From assembly GCA_051362555.1 (NCBI GenBank), contig JBPQGU010000016.1, forward strand, positions 310,001 to 374,000: a stretch of 64,000 nucleotides of DNA. Direction: 5' to 3'. Each line of letters begins with the position of its first letter. Position 1 is the stretch's first letter. The translations under genes were made by a program, and so were the position numbers. Below are positions 27,701 to 39,453 of the stretch, piece by piece. The stretch is from Lingula anatina. Lineage: Eukaryota > Animalia > Brachiopoda. Under the pieces are notes generated by a model. That model was given only the letters and a program-made list of their open reading frames with translations, did not search any database and was not told where the DNA came from.

Positions 27701-30700
27701 GATCAGTATATATCTACATATATTCAGTTATGAAACATTCGCATTTACAAAGAACAAGGTATAACCATGGCATAACTCTGCCAGAGGACTAGAAATGTTT
27801 TCTATTGCTTCCCGCCCCCTTAATCTAATATAAAATCTCTCTCTGTCTTTTTTCTCTCTCTCGATCGTTATGTCATTAAATATATGTGCATTATACCATG
27901 CACGAATTGAAATAAAAATGCATATGGGATCCGTATAACGTACAGAATAAAGTTACCAGGGATCAATTGTGGTATGTCTAATTACTGTAGTTAGGCGTAC
28001 AAATCACACAGTTATCGACAAGTTGAGACCGACAGTTTCACCTTGAAATTGTTCACATCGGTAACAAGCATGTGGGGTGTCCTGTATCCCTGAGCCTATC
28101 CCCTAGATCAACCATGGATTCATATCCCCACTTAATATATGTATTACACTAACACGGAGACCAAGGGGCCGTTAACAATAAGTTTTGTCGACTTAGCTAA
28201 TGCGCATCGACTCCACGTTGATTCTCTTTGTATGTAATCAGACTAACAGACTAACACATCTCCTGGCGTCGAGTAAAGAATACGGAGAAGCTGGGGACTA
28301 CATGGGTACGTTGGAAACGACAGGAGGCGTGTTGGTCTGTGAATCTGACTGCATTTAGCGAGGGTCCCCGTGGAGTTAGTGCGCATTAGCTAGGTCGACA
28401 AAATTCATTGTGAGCGGCCCCTAAGTATAATTGATCCTATCAACCACATTCAACTTGTTCACCTTGGCTCTGCGAGAAATGTACTTTCTTGAAAGCACGT
28501 GTTTTTAATACTTTTTCTCTATCGCCAATTAAGCCTGGCGTTGAAGAAGGTTTTCCCAGGCTAACCATACAGGCAAAGTAAAATAATAGTTGCACAGTTG
28601 TTGATAATCCAACGATTTTATGTAATATCAACTCCGTTGGCAGAACTCCTAGTAAGTCGATCAATGGAGCCATTCACCCGTATCGACTTCAAGAAAAAAA
28701 CCAAGCGGGAAAGAACTTAAAGTACAAACAAGAAAGAAACACTAACTGCAGCGCGTGGTGCTAGTCTCAGGTGGTTCATTAGACGGGGGAGTCTTAAGGG
28801 AAAAAGGCAAGCTGTTATCCCGGAGTCAATGTTGGTCCGGGGTCAACACAGGTCACCGTGTATTTGTACAATCCTGGGGTCTAAGTACTCAGAATCTACC
28901 CAGACACTTGACGTAATGTGTTAATGGAATAGAGCCCGGTGGGGAACTGTAATCTCAATTAGACCACGTCTACGCCGGGTACCTGGCCAGGAAACATCCG
29001 GGAATAAAACTCAACGGGAAGTTGCCTCATTGCATGACCTCTCGGGATGAGAATCAAAATGGCGCCTTTGAACAACGTGACCCATTGCCTTTGACATTTC
29101 CGGCCATGGCTTGATCAGTTGGGATCCCAGGCCCTAAACACTAACATTCTATAGGCACTATTTACCTGTACTATATAATAATTCAGGAGCTCTAGACTGC
29201 CGTTCAGGTACTTAGACTCATAGAGTTTGTAAAATGTTTAAAATTCCAATGCCTAACCGGTGTTATTCGCTGGGACTTGGACCACGCTGAGCACCAACAC
29301 AATAGTGTACACGTACTAAGTAGAGGAATCACATATACTACAGTGTATATAGTGTATGATAATACAACGAAACTATATCCTATAAGATAATACAACTTTT
29401 ATACTAGACAAAACAAGATGTTACATGTACATACTATGATAAAACTACTAATACTTCGGTACTAATTATTTTATAATACAAGTAATATACAATATGCGGT
29501 TGATAATAAAACTAATATACCATATGATTATACAACTAGTATACTGTATGCTTGGTGATAACTAATTTACTATATACATTGCAATTTGTGTAAGTGCTTG
29601 TGTATACTATAGATTATATGATAATAAAACTAATATACTTTATGGCATGGTGACAGATTTCTTTAAGTTAGACCTGATTGGACGTTGAACAACTGTCAAG
29701 TCATTTCACGTAAATATAACAGCACGGGGAATACTCGAATCATTGATCAGAAACGAGTCCACTTTCAAAAGGACAGTCGTTTTCCAGCAAGTTTACCTAA
29801 ATGCAAAAAAAAAAAAAATAAATAAATAAATAAAAAAATAAAAAAATAAAAAATAATAAAAATAATAATATAAAATAAATAAATAAATAAAATAAATAAT
29901 AAAGAAAACAAGCGCCTTATATAGAATTGTTGTTCCTATGTTTTGTTTGAACGTCAATACATAGAACATGTTAAGCTGACTAAAACTGTGCCTAAGTACA
30001 TCATTTGCAGTGCACCCAGGTAAGTGTTTCAGTACCGGTAGATGCGCAATATGTTCAGAACAGCAACCTCGCGCCATTTATTCTCTGTGGTATAAATAAT
30101 GCAGCAACGGAAATGCCAGCTCGGCGGCTGGTATATGTTGAAGCATCTGGCAGAACATAACATATCAGCTCCCATAACTATTCGAGTGAATGATTACATT
30201 CCTGTTTCCGCAAATCAATCATTGTATATCTAACATTATCTATATAGCATGTAATATTCAAGCCTGTTGCGTTGGTATGGTTAATAATCATATAAAACAT
30301 ATGGATGTCACATGAAACATTACATAAGATACTTTTCATGTGAATTTTGCTTATTAAGTGTATACCACCTATTGCCTAAAAGTGTATATGGTTTACCAGT
30401 GCTATATCTTAATGAGAAAAAAGGCGTACATACACTAAACGCACGATACCTTCCGATGGGAAAAGTTCATAGAGTCATAAACATTTAGAACATATCCAAA
30501 CTCAGTTACAGGTTTCTTGCTCATATAAATCTCAAGATTAGCAATTAAGTTCAACACGAGGTTGAGTTTTTTTTTTTTTTTTTTTTTTTGCACTCTGCTG
30601 TCTATGAACATCCTTTGTAAAGTCATTTTAGTAACACATGAGCGTTAGAATAAAATAAAATTAGTCAATATAGGCGATGATTAGAGTAGGCCTCTTAATC

Positions 30701-32521
30701 CCAATAATTAGGTATTGTCGTGCTTTTAAATCTGAAAAAAGGGCGTCACTGCCCAACCAACAGTTAAGTATATATTATAATGTACACCGACATCTAACAA
30801 ATAGAAACACAATATTATCATGAGCTCTTTAATATATTGTATATGAATGGACACCGTCAACGAGGCGATACCATAATGGCTCATACACAATGTTAAGGAT
30901 AAACAAAAACATGAAGCTTCTGCCAGGGTCGCCCTTTATTGCAACCAAACCGAGAATTTCATTCCTATATCTATATCTTAAAAGATGTTGCCAGGAAAAT
31001 GCATTCCTCACTACCTAATAACCAACTCATTAGATCCATTTACCACTCTCGAGGTGTTAATCAATTCCACGGGAAATTGTCCCCTCCAGAAACGCAATTA
31101 GTCCCCCAAAAACAATCATCCACTCCACAATCAGGTGCACGCTTTCCAATAACGTACCACTCGACAGTGTGGCGTTTTATCAGGCTCTCACGCGCCGAGA
31201 AAGGAAGCGCCGCGAGTTTATTAATCACTGGGTCAATTTTATTTACCTATTCTCTTTTTAATATAAGGATTCGTTAATATCTTATGTGCGCCTGAATTAA
31301 AAGCAGGCGTATAAATATCAGGTGTTGTTAAAGCGAAATAGCTAGCCTCCCAGCTGTTCAAGACTTGTTTAACCAAGTTCCACCCGGTAGATTGGATGAT
31401 TCGACAGGTGAGCTACAGCTGGGAGAATATTAATGCTGTGATTAGCGACCACTATGTTTAGTCTGTTCTGGTGAGAGACGCAAGCGTGTGCTGGTCTGGT
31501 TTTAGCTACACACCTTAAGCTCGAGAGATGGTTCTCTTCACTGAAATTATGTTAGTCAGAGTAAGACATTTTGAATAACAAAAAACTGCCTGTTTTTCTG
31601 GAAATGGAATCGTTAAGCCTTTACTGAAAATCGACGTAACACAAGCTTTTATAAGAAAAATAGAAAAAAAATCAGTCCTACAACAGAAAGCAAATAAAAT
31701 CTCAACTCAATGAAAATAATTGAAATAAAGAAAATTAAAGAAAAACACAAAATGGACCAGACAAATACTAAAACGGAAAGAAAGAAAAAATCAAATAGAA
31801 ATAAATAAAATATTGAGTTAACAAGTCGGTAATTAACCACTACTTCATTTGTCGATAATTTTGCCAATTAATCCCGAGCCTTCAATAAGTAATAGATGAC
31901 TAACGTCACTCCCCATCTTCTTTAGGCATATATGAATCGACGAACCGTGTCCGTAGATATGGAGGCACGGCTGGGAGCACCGGAATGCTCACACAGCACG
32001 AACCTGGCCAGCCATAACTCAATGTTTGCTTTAAGCTTGTTATTTAAGTCTTAGGTATTATTGCCAATATATAACGCCCAGAGTAAATATCATCCGTTAT
32101 TTTTATGGAGCTATGAAACTGCAAAAAATCACTCGCGACCTTTATTTTCTGGGTTATTTTGTGCTTTGTATTATCCATGTATTTCATTGATTAAAAGTGT
32201 TTTGACAGATTTTATTCATATTTCTGATCCTTTGTTAAAAGTACCTTTTAGCCGGTGCGCTGTATACAGGAGAAGGGAGGAACTCAATAGAAAAGCATGC
32301 TCATGATCAATTCTGTATTGGTGTTATACAATGCTGCTCTAAGTCAACTATGAAGTGTTGGCCTTAGTCAAGGATAATATGACTATAAGATTCGCTGCTG
32401 GCTTTCCCACACTCTCTCAATATAATCCGGTCTCTTTTCAGACTGCCATACTGGGAACGACATGGGGATTAATTTTTTCGGTCTGTTTGGAATCTGCAGA
32501 ACGTCTGCTCTTATGCTTTGG

Positions 32522-32564
<43 letters not shown>

Positions 32565-33676
32565 GGTTCGTGTACTTGCTATGAATTCAATGACCTAGCA
32601 GTTACATAATACTATTAAAAACAAATATTAATCATCAATGAATATTAAATGTACCTATTCAACTTGAAAACGATTTACAGACTCCCTACAGGCGATAAGT
32701 ATAGCAATAAACTGTGCCGTCAAAGCTAATATTACAAAGTTCCTCAATGTGCAGGGCTCTGGTGAAGTCCTGTGACAGTTACATATGCTACGAGTGTATA
32801 AAACGTGCTGTTCACACGGGCACCTTGCACGCTTGCAGCACGTGTGCCAGTGCCGGTTAACCAGCTGTAGGTACTCGGATTAAGAAGGAATATTGTGACT
32901 TTGACATAAAAAGGGATCGTCCCATGTATATACATCATGCACAGGATCTTCGGCGTCCAAACCCAAATAGTCTAGATTTCCGTATGATAGATGGATGATA
33001 CATATAACAAGATACTGCAGTCATTAATCAACACTGGAGAAAAGACTACAGAAATCTCAAAGAGAAAATAAGCTCAGTTCTTAAAGATTTCCTTTACGGG
33101 ATTTTCGCGTTTAATGTAATTTCCCTTGAGAAAAATGACATATTCTACTACTTTGAAACCATTGCTCGGCCTATTCCTGCACTTGGATTCGATATTTTAT
33201 ACCATTCCTAATTAAATAATTTAGTTTAAAATGTCTGAACAGTCTTCTTGACATTTCGAAAGGAAAAACGGACATCACGTTCCTTTTATTTGAGGGGTTT
33301 GATCATTTTAAGGCCTCAATTGGGACACATAAGTAGCTTTGCAAGATATTAAGACAAAAATACGACTTGGTGACCTTTCGAAATTCGCATAGTATCCTTT
33401 CAGATTATATCAAAATAAAGTGCATGAACCCTAAGCATGAGAAGCGATTCCATCCTCCAATATGTGACAACAAAAATTTTACCATGATCGAGTAAAAGGA
33501 CAACTCCGTTTCGAAGCTTTTATACAGCACTTAGCTGCCCACTTAAGCGTTCAGTTCAGTGTGGCTATAACGTACATTAACCAAGAGTAACCGCTATAAA
33601 AATCGATATTAAATGACCGATAGGCATCGAAGCTTGGTACTGATATTACTGTATTTACGTGCATTAATTTTGACAC

Positions 33677-33728
<52 letters not shown>

Positions 33729-36700
33729 TTCACACACACAATGAGAGTGCGGTTATATTGAAAAAAAAAAAACGTATTAGCTGATTACTTCCTGAATCAT
33801 ATCGGCTTAAAAGCCAAATAATCCATTTCTGAAACACGCGGTGCAACGTCAGTGCATTGTGCCTTTCAAAAGTTTACGAGTCCCGGGAATAGCTCTCGCC
33901 TTTTGGGGTTTTGTAAATACGTGTTGCACAACGCCAGGTATCTCCAACGATCCATCATTAGTCTCAAATCGGGTTCCGCGATGCTAAACATAAGTGAGGA
34001 ACACACGGTATAACCATACTCCCTGCGGCCAATCAAAACCAAGTCTACATTTATACTAGGACCCAGTGTATTGGATCCCAGATTAATGTGAGTTTTCAAG
34101 CTCTCAGGTGGATCCCCACCCACTACATGTAATATCAGTGTATAATAATAAACTTCACACGCCTGAGGGGGTTTGGTGTGCAATAACAAAGACACAGTTT
34201 CGAGACGTGCAATGAGAGCAGGTTTCGAAACATTGCATCAATGGCCATTTGTCACTTGGTTCCTGAACAAATCAATTTGCGAAAGCATTGATATTAAGAT
34301 ATACTGTGACCGACCTCACGTCATTTCACTTCCAATTTATCTGATACTGAACTCAAATGCTTTTGAGTGTGACTTCGTACAATGATAACAAGCCTACAGA
34401 CACGGCATCAATATTGCAACTGTCATTGTCATTTGAAGAGAGATTAATATGAAGCTAGCTGTGACCGTGAGATAAAGGAGCTTACAAGAGGTTGGAACAA
34501 TGCAGGTGTCCGTCCTTGTTTTTATTATACCTGGACAAGATTCTAAGATTCTATGAGATTCTGTAAGATTCTGAGATCTCTGCCTTATTCTTCAAATGAC
34601 ACCTATTAACTTTAAACACAGCGATGACAATAGTTTCAGGATCTAAACAATGTGTCTTACGGACAGCACAGCTGAGATCACCACTGACTAGCAACTGGCC
34701 TTCCCCATCTCATGTTACTCTTGAGTTCCTTACGTGCGAGGTAGAATAATAGTTTCAGGATCGAAACTGTGTTTACGAAAAGATGATGAGGTTGAACTTA
34801 CAGTTTTAATAAAACCTGACTATTCCCGAGCGATTAAAAGGAGAGAGAGAGAGAGAGAGAGAGAGATTGATTGATTGATTGATTGATTGAGAGAGAGAGA
34901 TGCAGAGTGTTAAAGACATTGAAAGTTGAAGGTTTGATAAGATTTTCAACATTGGCTTCGTACTGTTGGAAATGTGTGCGTTAGTTAGTTACGTTACGTT
35001 TATTAGATATACAAAATTCGAATAACCTCGATGTCATGAAATTGCCAATCGTCCAATCTTTAAATCGAAGATAAATAATGTACTGTGCTCATAATGTATG
35101 TATCTACCTGGAACTAGAACCATATCTATACACTAATGTATATGTGTTTGTGACGGAGGGGGGGGGGGGGGAGGTGACGGGTAATATGAACACTGGTCGA
35201 AGAATCAAGCTTAGAATACATATTGTTTCTTCACTATGTCCTGTAACTGTACATGTACACATTTACCAGTCCAATATACCGTCTGTTGAATCACTATTTC
35301 TAGCTAACAGCTTCTTTAAGTGGGCACTCGGTGCTTGGACACAGAATAGAGCACACCGGAACAAAATAATGGCACAATCCTTAATGCTTCTTCAAGTTGA
35401 CGTTATTGAACGAAATAATGTATACCCTAAATTAGCCAATATCAAAGAGCAGTGAAGGATATTCATAAAGAACGAAGGTGTAATGGTTTTAACCTGTTTG
35501 TTCTGTATGAATACAGTGTTGGCTCTCTTTTCCTGTATCGGTGTCTAATTGATTGATATTGGCAAATTGCACACACTTGTTCAACTTTACTTTTTCAGAA
35601 AACTTACTGTTAGCCTAGGTTATTGGCATCTTGCCATTGCTTAAACCTAACAGGATGGAGGCAGAATATTAGGTTAGAGGAATGAAATCTCTATATAGAT
35701 TTAAACATTTTTTAAACATGAGAAGTCATTCATTAGAAACGAAACAATTGCAATAAAATTAAAAAAAAAAGAAATAAATACTGAAATATTCACAAAGTGG
35801 CAAACGGGTACTCACCTCCTGCGTTAGTCGTTTGGTTTCTTTTTCTGACAGCAACAACCTGTTGGCGTATTCTCGTATCTGCTCTCGGTATTTCTCGTTC
35901 TCTTCCTCATATCTCGTTCGTCTCTCCTCAACCAGCTCAAGTTCCTCGTTGAGGCGAATTGAAACTTCCTTTGCACAGTTCAACTCCTCCTCAAGTTCCC
36001 GGATGTGTTGTAAATCCTCCGCACTCTGATACTGACTCTCTAACGAACGTATACGCTCCTCGTACATCTGTTTGTCAGCCTCGATCTGGTCATTCTTACG
36101 CTCCGACTTTCGCAGCTTGAACTGCAGGATGCGGCAATTTTTGGCGGCAATTTCGAGTTCTCGTTGTAACTCCTGTAATTCGACGGACTCCTCCTCACGG
36201 AACTGGTCGTGAATCTCATCCATTTCCATTTTCATCTCCTCCATTTCCTCCTTCAATATGGCGTTCTCCTCTCTGAGTTTACTGACCTCTGTGTCGCCAT
36301 CACTTCCCGTATTCTTGGCCGCCATTTCGCTGTACTTCGTTTCCAATTCCTGTAGTTTTTCTGTCAGCTCCTTGTTACTCCTTTCCAGATTTGAACTGAG
36401 CTCTTCGGCAGCTTTTATACGACCGTTAAGGGAGTCTATTTCCTTTTGAAATTCAGCAATTTGTTTAGTGTGTTTAGCTTTTTCGCTAGACCGCTCTTCT
36501 TCTACTTTTTTCGTAGAATCTGTTGCAGCTTTAAGCTGCTGTTTTAGTTTTATTACCTCTTGATTGTGTTTCTTATTTTCTTCTTGTGCTTCTTTCAGAG
36601 ATTTATCAATTCTTTCTTTTTCTTTTTCTGCGCGGTTCTTTGCCTCATCTGTGGCAGTTTTAAGTTGCGATGTAAGAGCAGATATTTCGTTCTTAAGTTT

Positions 36701-37579
36701 TTTCACTTCGAGTGATTCCTTCTCGGCCTGTAACTTTTTCTGTGAATTTTCCGATGTTTTTAGCTGAATTTCTGCGGATTTTAGCTGAATGTGTAGCTCG
36801 TCTACTTCCTTTTGGAGTTTCCGCTTGTCATCTTGTAAAACACGGGACGACTCGCAAAGTTTTTCCTTTTCCTTCTCTGTTTTTTTCTTGTCTTCTTCAG
36901 CGGCCGTCAATTTACGTTGATGTTCTTCTCCTTCCTTTTTAAGTCGCTTTGTTTCCTCCTCCAATTCGCCAACGGTGACAAGATGTTCTTTCTCCGCTTT
37001 TTTCTTTGAATCCTCAGCTTGTTTGATCTGATTTTGTAAGTCTTCTACGAGCTTCTTTTGTTTTGTAGACTCTTCTCGTGCTTGTGTGTCGGCAACTTGG
37101 CGCTCCTTTTCAATCTTTTTCTTTGAATCTTCTGTTATTTTTAATTGAGACTTAAACTTTTCAACGTCTTTCTTCAGCGTCTTGTTTTCTTCCTCCAACT
37201 TCTTAAGAGCGTCGGATGGTGGCGGGGGATCTGTTTGAGACGCCGCCGCCTTTGTTTCATGATGTACCTTTTCGGTTGATATCCGTTCTGTTTTAGTAAT
37301 TTGCTTTTGATTTTCGAGGACAGTTTTTGGTGACGATGGCGATTTCTTGCCCAGTTTATCTTGACCTGTCGTTTTAGCTGCAGGGCGACCCTTCACAGGC
37401 GATTCCAAAGACCTGTCGGGAGATTTCCGTAGCAACTGCTGCCCAAACGGTTTCACTGATAGCGTGTCCTTGGGAGACTCGGGTGTTTTCGTACCACTGC
37501 TACCGGTTAATTTCTTGCCGTTCTTATCCTTCTCAGTTGTTGTTGTTGTCGATGATTTAGTATCTGGCGCTTTCTTGGC
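8958..37579 (-). CDS. SOGA: SOGA/MTCL-family (microtubule cross-linking factor-like) giant coiled-coil protein, 14 exons, 5' end interrupted by a transposon
   Basis: Phase-consistent GT-AG exons in transcript order: 37579-35816, 27452-27354, 22010-20780, 19954-19729, 18616-18457, 18074-17901, 16181-16068, 15554-15411, 14995-14894, 14395-13652, 13101-12940, 11767-11694, 11248-10126, 9701-8958 (6861 nt including the stop). Family motifs: EMEEMKMEMDEIHDQFREEESVELQELQRELEIAAKNCRILQFKLRKSE and DLREQLRFTEEEVKVLRKKL. Confidence 0.85.
10126..11248 (-). CDS. SOGA: SOGA-like penultimate S/P/T-rich exon
   Basis: Overlaps ORF 10069..11181; phase-2 acceptor matches the 11694-11767 exon; donor gtaagc at 10125. 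Confidence 0.8.
13652..14395 (-). CDS. SOGA: SOGA-like internal coiled-coil exon
   Basis: Overlaps ORF 13607..14386; phase-0 splice sites on both sides; E/K-rich heptad sequence. Confidence 0.85.
15120..15420. repeat. 21-bp minisatellite with a 63-bp higher-order unit, overlapping a SOGA splice donor
   Basis: Units ctgtcaacacccacttgcata and ctgtcaacacccacctgtcca, degenerating toward 15120. Confidence 0.95.
15621..15875. mobile_element. hAT-like non-autonomous element
   Basis: Termini CAGTGGCGGAT...ATCCGCCCCTG; cagacc is present on both flanks (partial TSD). Confidence 0.7.
16350..16593. mobile_element. Degenerate palindromic MITE
   Basis: Arms (gatcga.ctaactccctgggg...gcttaaatgtctgtcac) are inverted against (gtgacagacgtttaagc...cccagggagatagatcgatcc). 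A related palindrome lies at about 49560-49785. Confidence 0.6.
19471..19724. mobile_element. PIF/Harbinger (Tourist-like) MITE with TTA TSD
   Basis: TIRs GGGACCGTTCACAATGGATT.TGTCGACCTAG; TTA at 19468-19470 and 19725-19727. Confidence 0.88.
20780..22010 (-). CDS. SOGA: SOGA-like exon with repeated SOGA-type coiled-coil modules
   Basis: Within ORF 20736..22043; acceptor tttcag at 22011, donor gtaag at 20779. Repeated L.xQL/M..xEEE.K.LRKKL motifs. Confidence 0.88.
25258..25343. repeat. (AAAT)n/(AAAAT)n microsatellite
   Basis: Visible directly in the sequence. Confidence 0.95.
26586..26880. mobile_element. Decayed copy of the 19471/28165 MITE family
   Basis: Shares gctaatgtgcac.aactccacgg.gactct.gctgaatg.aatca and the inverted arm gagagtccccttggagttagtgcacactagc. 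Confidence 0.6.
27155..27296. mobile_element. Foldback MITE, copy 2 of the 3942 family
   Basis: Near-identical to 3942-4115 with two fewer repeat units; TSD GGATCGCA / GGATCACA (one mismatch). Confidence 0.9.
28165..28421. mobile_element. PIF/Harbinger-like MITE, second copy of the 19471 family
   Basis: GGGGCCGTTAACAAT...ATTGTGAGCGGCCCC; flanks CAA / TAA. Confidence 0.85.
32522..32562. repeat. (TAA)n microsatellite
   Basis: Visible directly in the sequence. Confidence 0.95.
33680..33740. repeat. Compound (CT)n(CA)n microsatellite
   Basis: Visible directly in the sequence. Confidence 0.95.
34839..34900. repeat. Compound (GA)n(GATT)n(GA)n microsatellite
   Basis: Visible directly in the sequence. 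Confidence 0.95.
35816..37579 (-). CDS. SOGA: SOGA-like large 5' coiled-coil exon, cut at 37579 by the transposon TIR
   Basis: Part of ORF 35759..37858; donor GAG|gtgagt at 35815; contains the ELQRELEIAAKNCRILQFKLRK signature. Confidence 0.88.
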
Positions 37580-37816
37580 TACGGAAGCGTACAAGTGCCA
37601 CAACACACAACAAAAACACTCGACACACAACACAATCGCAACACAACACATTAACTTCTCGACACAACACCAAAGAAAATCGCGACACAACACATTAACT
37701 TCTCGACACCAAAGAAAGTCGCAACACAACACAATTAACTTCTCGACACAACGGAAATAGGTGGCGCTATCGGCGCGGACGTCTTGGAAAAGCCGCGAAA
37801 ACCCACAGAACGAAAG
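37580..37816 (+). repeat. Left terminal inverted repeat (237 bp)
   Basis: Base-by-base reverse complement of 55718-55954; three internal copies of attaacttctcgacac and many acacaac units. Confidence 0.97.
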
Positions 37817-38376
37817 TAGAAAATCAACTGCATTTTTATGAATTGTATTTTCACACATAAATCATTTCTCAAGCAACTCCGTAAAATGTAACTTTTTTGA
37901 TAATGTTAGAATGATTTAATTTAGTCTGTTATCCTTAGCTACAAGCAGAGGCTATCAAGTCCAGGCATCACATGTCCAGCAGCTGATCATGAGCTGTAGT
38001 GCTTAACCCACTTTAAGTGCAAATGGTCATAAATCAATCAATTGTCAAAGATACGCAATTTCGTGAGTAGAAGCAGTTCCACCCATTTGAGAAAAAATCC
38101 AAAAATTCTACAATCAAACAGATCATCTACGTTTATATTTATGCAAATTGTATAGGCAAGGACACCAAGAAACCAAGGTAAAAATATTTTACATTTTAAT
38201 GCAATTTTAAAGGTATATTTTATTGATAGAAGCTTGTTTCACCCTCAGTGCTTTGTTCTCTGAGCATGCCACATGGTTTAAACTAAACTGGCTTCTACAG
38301 ATAAATGTTATGTACATTTCTACCCGATTTTCTTCATATAAAGTGCACGTGATTAACATCAAAATATTTTTTTATT

Positions 38377-38557
38377 CAGGCCCGTAGCCGGGGGGGGCGG
38401 GGTGGGGGGGGGTGGGGGGTGGGGGGGGGGGGGTGTTAAAAAAAACCACCCTTTTTGCTGGTAAAAGGTCCACTCTGGGTAAAATTTGATCTAGGTACAA
38501 AAAGTTAACTTATTCAGAAAAAGGACCCCCATTTTGAAATTGCTGGCTACAGTCCTG
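38377..38557. mobile_element. hAT-like MITE (CAGGCCCGTAGCC...GGCTAC..CCTG family) inside the large element
   Basis: Core cccttttgctgg.aaaaggtccactctgggtaaaatttga is shared with about 41685-41844 and about 52758-52918. Confidence 0.75.
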
Positions 38558-39453
38558 TAATTACTACTTGTCACAGCATTTTATAAAAAGTTAGTAAAAA
38601 GGCAGTTTTAATTAGTTTATCAGGTTTTAAGTAGTGTCATATTCGGTTTTTTTTTTATTGATTGAAAATTATTGTTAGTAGAATTAAATGTCTGTTTGCT
38701 AAAGAACATATATATTTCTTATAGGACAACTTGAGATTACGTGCACAAGGGCAAAAGGAGCCAAAATTGTGAGTGTTAAACTGTACAATGTATTCGCTGG
38801 TTTATTTAAATTAGAGACATGTTATTAATAGTCCATTCTTTATGTTACAAATACTACATTAGAATTAATTTCTTATTTTTTTTTTTATATTTCTATGTCA
38901 CTACATTCATAGTCTGTTAAATGATTCAGTTTAATTAATTAGCAGTGTACAAATTGTCAAATATAATATTCCCCTGTCAGTCTGAGTACAGTCAAGACAT
39001 GTTAGTTTAAGACAATGTAACAAGGTCAGAATATTGGTGAGACCTTTTATTTTTTTCTTTGATTTTTGTTAATTTATTTTATTATTTCAGATTCACAGTA
39101 ATTTGGTATTAAAATACTCTGCTATTATCCTGGTACTACCTAACAGTAAATAAAGGTTCCATCATCTAATTACATATCATCTAGTTATGTCATCATTTCG
39201 ACAAATGCACGCAAACTCTACAATGTATGATTCATTTTTTTATGCATTGTACGTGTTTCCACACATAAACCTTGCTGGTCCAGAGGACCTGCATTATCAA
39301 AGTTCTTGTCGATCTTTTGGCTTTTCAGGTGGTCATCACCAGTTAGACCCGCAGTTTCCCCATGTCTACAGATTCAGAATGTGGTGCAAGTCTTTTAGGG
39401 CAATTTCTATGAATTCTAAAAAAAAATTATATACTTTATTTCAGTGTGATATC

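Noticed and set aside
22100-35700. Short ORFs in the long SOGA introns
   Set aside because: No recognisable domains or consistent splice phases apart from exon 27354-27452; many come from microsatellites or MITEs.
37590-37760. TIR internal repeats as a CRISPR array or a Cys-rich protein domain
   Set aside because: The intervening sequences are themselves repetitive, the block is mirrored exactly at 55718-55954, and there are no cas genes in this eukaryotic context.
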